Assembly (NCBI GenBank): GCA_964364265.1
Contig: CAYILA010000005.1
Span: forward strand, 6,418-70,417
DNA: 64,000 nucleotides
Origin: an uncultured Candidatus Saccharibacteria bacterium
GTDB taxonomy: Bacteria; Patescibacteriota; UBA1384; XYA2-FULL-43-10; 1-14-0-10-43-13
Direction: 5' to 3'
Part shown: positions 60,173 to 64,000 of the stretch, one piece after another
Layout of the letters: every line of letters starts with the position of its first letter
Position numbering within the stretch: position 1 is the stretch's first letter
Position numbers and translations under genes: made by a program
Notes under the pieces: model-generated
What the model was told of the DNA's origin: nothing
Seen by the model: only the letters and a program-made list of their open reading frames with translations
Database searches by the model: none

Positions 60173-60730
60173 TTATGCCCGCTCGACATAGGAACCGTCG
60201 CGAGTGTCGATAAGAATTTTGTCGTTTTCTTTAATAAAAAGAGGGGCATCAACCAGGACGCCGGTCTCGATCGTGACTCTCTTGTTTACTGTGCCGGCCG
60301 AGTTGCCTCTAATTCCGGGAGGAGCGGAGGTGACGGCGAAAGCCATTTTAATCGGCAGTTCAATGTTAATCGGCTCGTTCTCGAAATAGAGAATATCAGT
60401 CGAGGCGCCCTCGACCAGGTATCTTTTGCTGTCGGCCACTTTTGAAATCGGGATCTCAAACTGGTCATAAGTTGCATTATTCATAAAGTAGGCGTTTGCC
60501 TCATCGGAATATAAATAAGTAGCGGTCTTTTTGGCCAGAGTAGCGTTGTCTAGTTTGTCGTTTCCCTGAAAGGTCTTGTCAATAACGCCGCCGGTTCGCA
60601 AATTCTTCAACTTGGTTTTGACAATCGCCCCGCCCCGCCCCATTTTGGAATGAGAATAAGACAAAACGATGTAAGGATCGCCTTCGTAAGTAATTTTTGT
60701 GCCGGTTTTTAGATCTGTGATTCCAAGCAT
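60173..60730 (-). CDS. efp: Elongation factor P
   Basis: HSKMGRGGA, PPGIRGNS, IDTRDGSYVER. Confidence 0.96.
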   Translation of the reverse strand: MLGITDLKTGTKITYEGDPYIVLSYSHSKMGRGGAIVKTKLKNLRTGGVIDKTFQGNDKLDNATLAKKTATYLYSDEANAYFMNNATYDQFEIPISKVADSKRYLVEGASTDILYFENEPINIELPIKMAFAVTSAPPGIRGNSAGTVNKRVTIETGVLVDAPLFIKENDKILIDTRDGSYVERA

Positions 60731-60775
60731 GAAACCTCCGGTTTCTAGTCAAAGGGTCTTATAGATACACTATTG

Positions 60776-60853
60776 TGTCATTCCGACCGACCGAAGGGAG
60801 CGGAGGAATCTTTCAAAAGATCCCTCAACTCGCTATGCTCGCTCGGGATGACA
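60776..60853. repeat. GTCAT-family element between efp and rpsR
   Basis: tgtcattccgaccgaccgaagggagcggaggaatct...agatccctc...ctcgctcgggatgaca. Confidence 0.9.
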
Positions 60854-60881
60854 TTCGTCACTTTCGACTTTCGACTCTTCG

Positions 60882-61121
60882 TTATTTGATTACGAATGGC
60901 AAAAGAGCCAAGTGTCTAGCCTGTTTGATTGCCCGCGCCAGTTCGCGCTGGTGACGGCGGCAGGTTCCGCTGCGCTGGGCGCTGTCGATTTGGTTCCAGC
61001 GGTTTAGGTAACGGGTGAGCATGGTGACATTTTTGTAATCAAGCTCGTTTACCTTTGCCTTGCAAAACAAGCATTTCTTAATCCTTGGCGTAAAACTTTC
61101 TTCTCTTTTTTGATAATACAT
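60882..61121 (-). CDS. rpsR: 30S ribosomal protein S18 (Zn-binding type)
   Basis: CLFC...LDYKN...SGTCRRHQRELARAIKQARHLALLPF. Confidence 0.95.
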   Translation of the reverse strand: MYYQKREESFTPRIKKCLFCKAKVNELDYKNVTMLTRYLNRWNQIDSAQRSGTCRRHQRELARAIKQARHLALLPFVIK

Positions 61122-61136
61122 ATGGCTCCTTCGGAG

Positions 61137-61267
61137 TAAATTCTAAATTCTAATATCGAAATCCTAAACAATTTCTAAATCCAAATTATCAAAATTGAAA
61201 TATTTTAGTCATTCGATTTTTTGATTTCTAATTTGTTTCGGATTTAGGATTTAGCATTTCGGATTTC
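61137..61267. repeat. Inverted 7-mer array element between ssb and rpsR
   Basis: taaattctaaattctaatatcgaaatcctaaaca ... tgtttcggatttaggatttagcatttcggatttc. Confidence 0.9.
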
Positions 61268-61284
61268 CTTTCTAAACTTTCGGT

Positions 61285-61812
61285 TTAGAAAGGTATTTCG
61301 TCTATATCGATCTCATCCTCGGTTTTTTCAGCCTTTTCAGCTTTTTTTGGGTCGGCCACTTCCGATTCGGAGGCGATCTTTTCAACCGGATTTTCCGACC
61401 CGCCTGCTCCTCGAGACTGAGCGACCTCGGAGTCGATGGCCGGCGAGGCAGGTTTGCTTTCGCCATATGATCCTCCGCCGCGATTTCCCAGAACATTAAC
61501 CATCTCGGCGACAATCTCGGTTTTGTATCTTTTGACTCCGTCCTGGCCTTCCCAGTTTCTGGTCTGGATCCGTCCTTCGACATAAACCGGCGTCCCTTTT
61601 CTTAACATCGGGGTGACATTTTCGGCCTGCTGACCCCAAACCACGACATCGTGATACTCGACCGCCTCGCCGCCCTCGCCGCCGTCCCGTCCTTTCCACT
61701 TACGGTTGGTGGCGACCGAAAACGATGTTACGGCTTGGCCGTTTGGGGTGTAACGCATCTCGGCGTCTTTGGTTGTGTTTCCCAATATCTGCGCTCGATT
61801 TAAACTTAACAT
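61285..61812 (-). CDS. ssb: Single-stranded DNA-binding protein
   Basis: LNRAQILGN, FSVATN, VEGRIQTR, DEIPF tail. Confidence 0.97.
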   Translation of the reverse strand: MLSLNRAQILGNTTKDAEMRYTPNGQAVTSFSVATNRKWKGRDGGEGGEAVEYHDVVVWGQQAENVTPMLRKGTPVYVEGRIQTRNWEGQDGVKRYKTEIVAEMVNVLGNRGGGSYGESKPASPAIDSEVAQSRGAGGSENPVEKIASESEVADPKKAEKAEKTEDEIDIDEIPF

Positions 61813-61862
61813 TTTGCCCTCAATTCTTTATTAATTATCAGTTCCTCATTTGTACCATACTA

Positions 61863-62594
61863 TTAAAGGTCATCTTTTAATAGATTGTCGAGCTCTTCAT
61901 CAAGTTTAGCCAATCTTTCGGCTTCGGATGAGACAACCGGCTTGGTTCTCTTTCTGGTTGGCTTCTCAGGTTTTTCTGTTTTCTCTTCAGCAACTGCCTC
62001 GAATTCCTTGGTTTCGGATTCGGTTACTTCTTCTTTAACTTCATCAACCTTCTTAGCTCTTGGTTTCTTGACTTTCGGCTCCTCTGCGTCCGGTACCTCG
62101 ATTTCAACTTGTGGTTCAGCTGACTTGCTTACTAGCTTACTTGCTGACTCACTTGTTTCTTCTTCCTGTTCTCTCTTGGCCATCAGATTTCTGGATTCCT
62201 CGGTCTCGCCAAGGACGGCCTCAAAGCTCTTCTCTCCGCCGATTGCGGCTTCGATATCTTCGGTGCCGACAATCTCTTCGGAGGTTAAAGTCAATTTCTC
62301 TTCGCCCATCTCACGCAAAATCAAAAGGTGGCGGATGATTTGGGAAGTGATTTTCAAATCGTGCTCCATTTCACGGACTTTTTCGGCCGCGATCTCAAAA
62401 TTAAGAGTGACATAGGTGGCAAATTCCTGTTTGTTAATCGGGTAGGCCAGTTTGCGTCTCTTCCAGATTTCCTCTTTCAGAACTTTGCCTTCGGCGTCAA
62501 CAACAAAACCGCCGACTTTGCCGGTTATTTTATTCAGGTCGCTCTCCGCGACTTTATCAGAAACGAGATAAGTGAGTTCGTATTGTCTCATCAA
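61863..62594 (-). CDS. rpsF: 30S ribosomal protein S6 with a long acidic C-terminal extension
   Basis: RQYELTYLV, WKRRKLAYPINK, IIRHL; rpsF-ssb-rpsR order. Confidence 0.93.
   Translation of the reverse strand: MMRQYELTYLVSDKVAESDLNKITGKVGGFVVDAEGKVLKEEIWKRRKLAYPINKQEFATYVTLNFEIAAEKVREMEHDLKITSQIIRHLLILREMGEEKLTLTSEEIVGTEDIEAAIGGEKSFEAVLGETEESRNLMAKREQEEETSESASKLVSKSAEPQVEIEVPDAEEPKVKKPRAKKVDEVKEEVTESETKEFEAVAEEKTEKPEKPTRKRTKPVVSSEAERLAKLDEELDNLLKDDL
62119..62158. repeat. 8-mer tandem array in the rpsF tail
   Basis: gctgactt gcttacta gcttactt gctgactc acttgttt. Confidence 0.75.
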
Positions 62595-62782
62595 TATCCT
62601 TTCTATGGCTATGCCAATCCCGCGTAGCCCCTTTGGGGCGAAGTGGGATGGAAACTCTCGGTCTTTCAGACGAGAGAAAAAGGTTAATTAAATTGTAGGA
62701 TTACTTTAGCATAAGTTCATATAAAACACAAGCTTTTTGGGATAGAATAAATTAGTGTGATTGGGGGGATTTGGGGAGATAA

Positions 62783-63349
62783 ATGGCTGAATCAGGCTAT
62801 CACTATTTAAAGACATATATGTTGGCGACGGTCGTTTACGATTTGACAGTCGAATTTTGTGATAAATTTTTGCCTGGTCGGGAATATTTAAGGATGAGGG
62901 AACAGATGATTCACGCAGGAAGGAGCGGCCGGCAAAATATCGCTGAAGGTTACGAGGAAAAAAGTTTACAAAGCTATATTAAACTATTGGGTGTGGCTGA
63001 TGCTTCACTTGAAGAATTGTTGCTTGATTTTTAAGACTATCTTCGTCAGCGCAAATTGCCGTTATGGGAGAAGGACGACCCAAGGGTTAGGGCGTTTCGG
63101 GAGTTTCGGGTTGTTTGGGTAGATAATAATACCCTAAATACCCTAACGCTCCCAAATGATCCGGTTGAGGCGGCCAATTTGATGATCACCTTGATTTCAA
63201 TGACCACTTTTCTATTATCAAAGCAGATGACCAAATTGGAAGAGAAATTCGTAACTGAAGGCGGTTACAGAGAGAAGATGTTTAAAAAACGGGTGGAGTA
63301 TCGCCAGCATAATTACCCCAAATACCCTAATCTCCCTAATAATCAATGA
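62783..63349 (+). pseudogene. Four-helix-bundle protein (23S-IVP/Avd-like, with suffix domain) interrupted by an in-frame TAA at 63032-63034
   Basis: QMIHAGRSGRQNIAEG, ASLEELLLDF*DYLRQR, ANLMITLI, EEKFVTEGGYRE; the two ORF fragments are in the same frame. Confidence 0.85.
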
Positions 63350-63350
63350 G

Positions 63351-64000
63351 TTATACATTAAACCTGAAAATAACAACATCACCATCTTGAAAGATGTATG
63401 TTTTACCTTCTGTTCTTACCATCCCGTGTGCTTTGGCGCCGGACCAGCCGCCCTGGGCGTAGAAATCCTGCCAGGGGATGACCTCGGCGGCGATGAAACC
63501 TTTTTGGAAATCAGTATGGATCGCTCCGGCCGCTTCCGGCGCGGTGGCGCCTTTTTTCACCGTCCAAGCCCGCGTTTCCTTCTCACCGGAGGTGAAGAAA
63601 GTAATCAATCCAAGTGTTTCGTAGGCTTTTTTAATCAATGAATCTAAACCGGTTTCAGATAAACCTAGGGTCTCAAGGTATTCCTTCTTCTCTTCATCTG
63701 TTAATTCGTTTAGGTCGGATTCAATCTTCGCGCTGATGGGAATGATGTGCCGTTTGATGTCATCCTGAGCGTTAGCGAAGGATCTGGGCGCCAGCCGCAT
63801 TATCGCTTCGCTGGATTCTTCACTTCGTTCAGAATGACTAACAGAAGCCAGTTGCTCTTCCGAAACGTTAGCGACATAGATGACCGGTTTCATGGTCAGA
63901 AGCGCCAAGCCCTTGAGTAATTCTTCCTCCCGTTCGTCCAGTTTCGCCTCGCGGGCGTTCTTGCCCTCATATAAGACATCTTTGATCTTCTGTAATCCCG
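63351..64000 (-). CDS. ychF: Ribosome-binding ATPase YchF (5' part outside window) with an in-frame palindromic insertion
   Basis: LLTMKPVIYVANV, ISAKIE, FFTSGEKETRAW, APEAAGAIHTDFQKGFI, DGDVVIFRFNV. Confidence 0.96.
   Translation of the reverse strand, partial: GLQKIKDVLYEGKNAREAKLDEREEELLKGLALLTMKPVIYVANVSEEQLASVSHSERSEESSEAIMRLAPRSFANAQDDIKRHIIPISAKIESDLNELTDEEKKEYLETLGLSETGLDSLIKKAYETLGLITFFTSGEKETRAWTVKKGATAPEAAGAIHTDFQKGFIAAEVIPWQDFYAQGGWSGAKAHGMVRTEGKTYIFQDGDVVIFRFNV
63759..63838. repeat. GTCAT-family element inside ychF
   Basis: gtcatcctgagcgttagcgaaggatct ... gattcttcacttcgttcagaatgac. Confidence 0.9.

Noticed and set aside
63032-63034. In-frame TAA as evidence for stop-codon reassignment
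   Set aside because: TAA ends many bona fide genes here (groES, hppA, efp), and no other gene shows read-through. A point mutation or sequencing error is simpler.
62783-63349. Diversity-generating retroelement suggested by the Avd-like gene
   Set aside because: No reverse transcriptase and no TR/VR pair differing only at adenines was seen in the window.

Overview
Window from a small-genome bacterium using the standard genetic code (TAA, TAG and TGA all serve as stops). Gene content and style suggest Patescibacteria/CPR, but that is inference. 1-42.6 kb is a very large surface-glycan locus: RfbH/RfbJ-type 3,6-dideoxyhexose genes, an MhpF/MhpE-like pair plus a YerE-like ThDP enzyme (probable C4-branched sugar), pckA, a 2-oxoacid:ferredoxin oxidoreductase, many GT2/GT4/GT-C glycosyltransferases, Wzx, three O-antigen-ligase-like genes, and a TPR-dockerin-cohesin trio. 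42.6-64 kb is mostly housekeeping: hppA, a tRNA nucleotidyltransferase, a VanW protein, a P-type ATPase, pyrG, groES/groEL, efp, rpsR-ssb-rpsF and ychF. The most striking signal is a set of tiny palindromic or inverted tandem-repeat elements: GTCAT-ended double hairpins, a 21-bp CCCGCCT-nn-CGGCGAGGCAGG unit, and 7/8/9-mer arrays. They fill intergenic gaps, nest inside one another and sit in frame inside pyrG, ychF, the tRNA nucleotidyltransferase, ssb, rpsF and other genes. Two candidate carrier elements are present: a GIY-YIG gene bounded by inverted repeats and an apparent 3-bp target duplication inside the hppA ribosome-binding site, and a four-helix-bundle gene (one nonsense codon) bounded by inverted 9-mer arrays. 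Two candidate structured RNAs were also seen (46.3 kb and 56.4 kb). No rRNA, tRNA or CRISPR array was recognised. All family assignments come from motif recognition by eye, not database searches.
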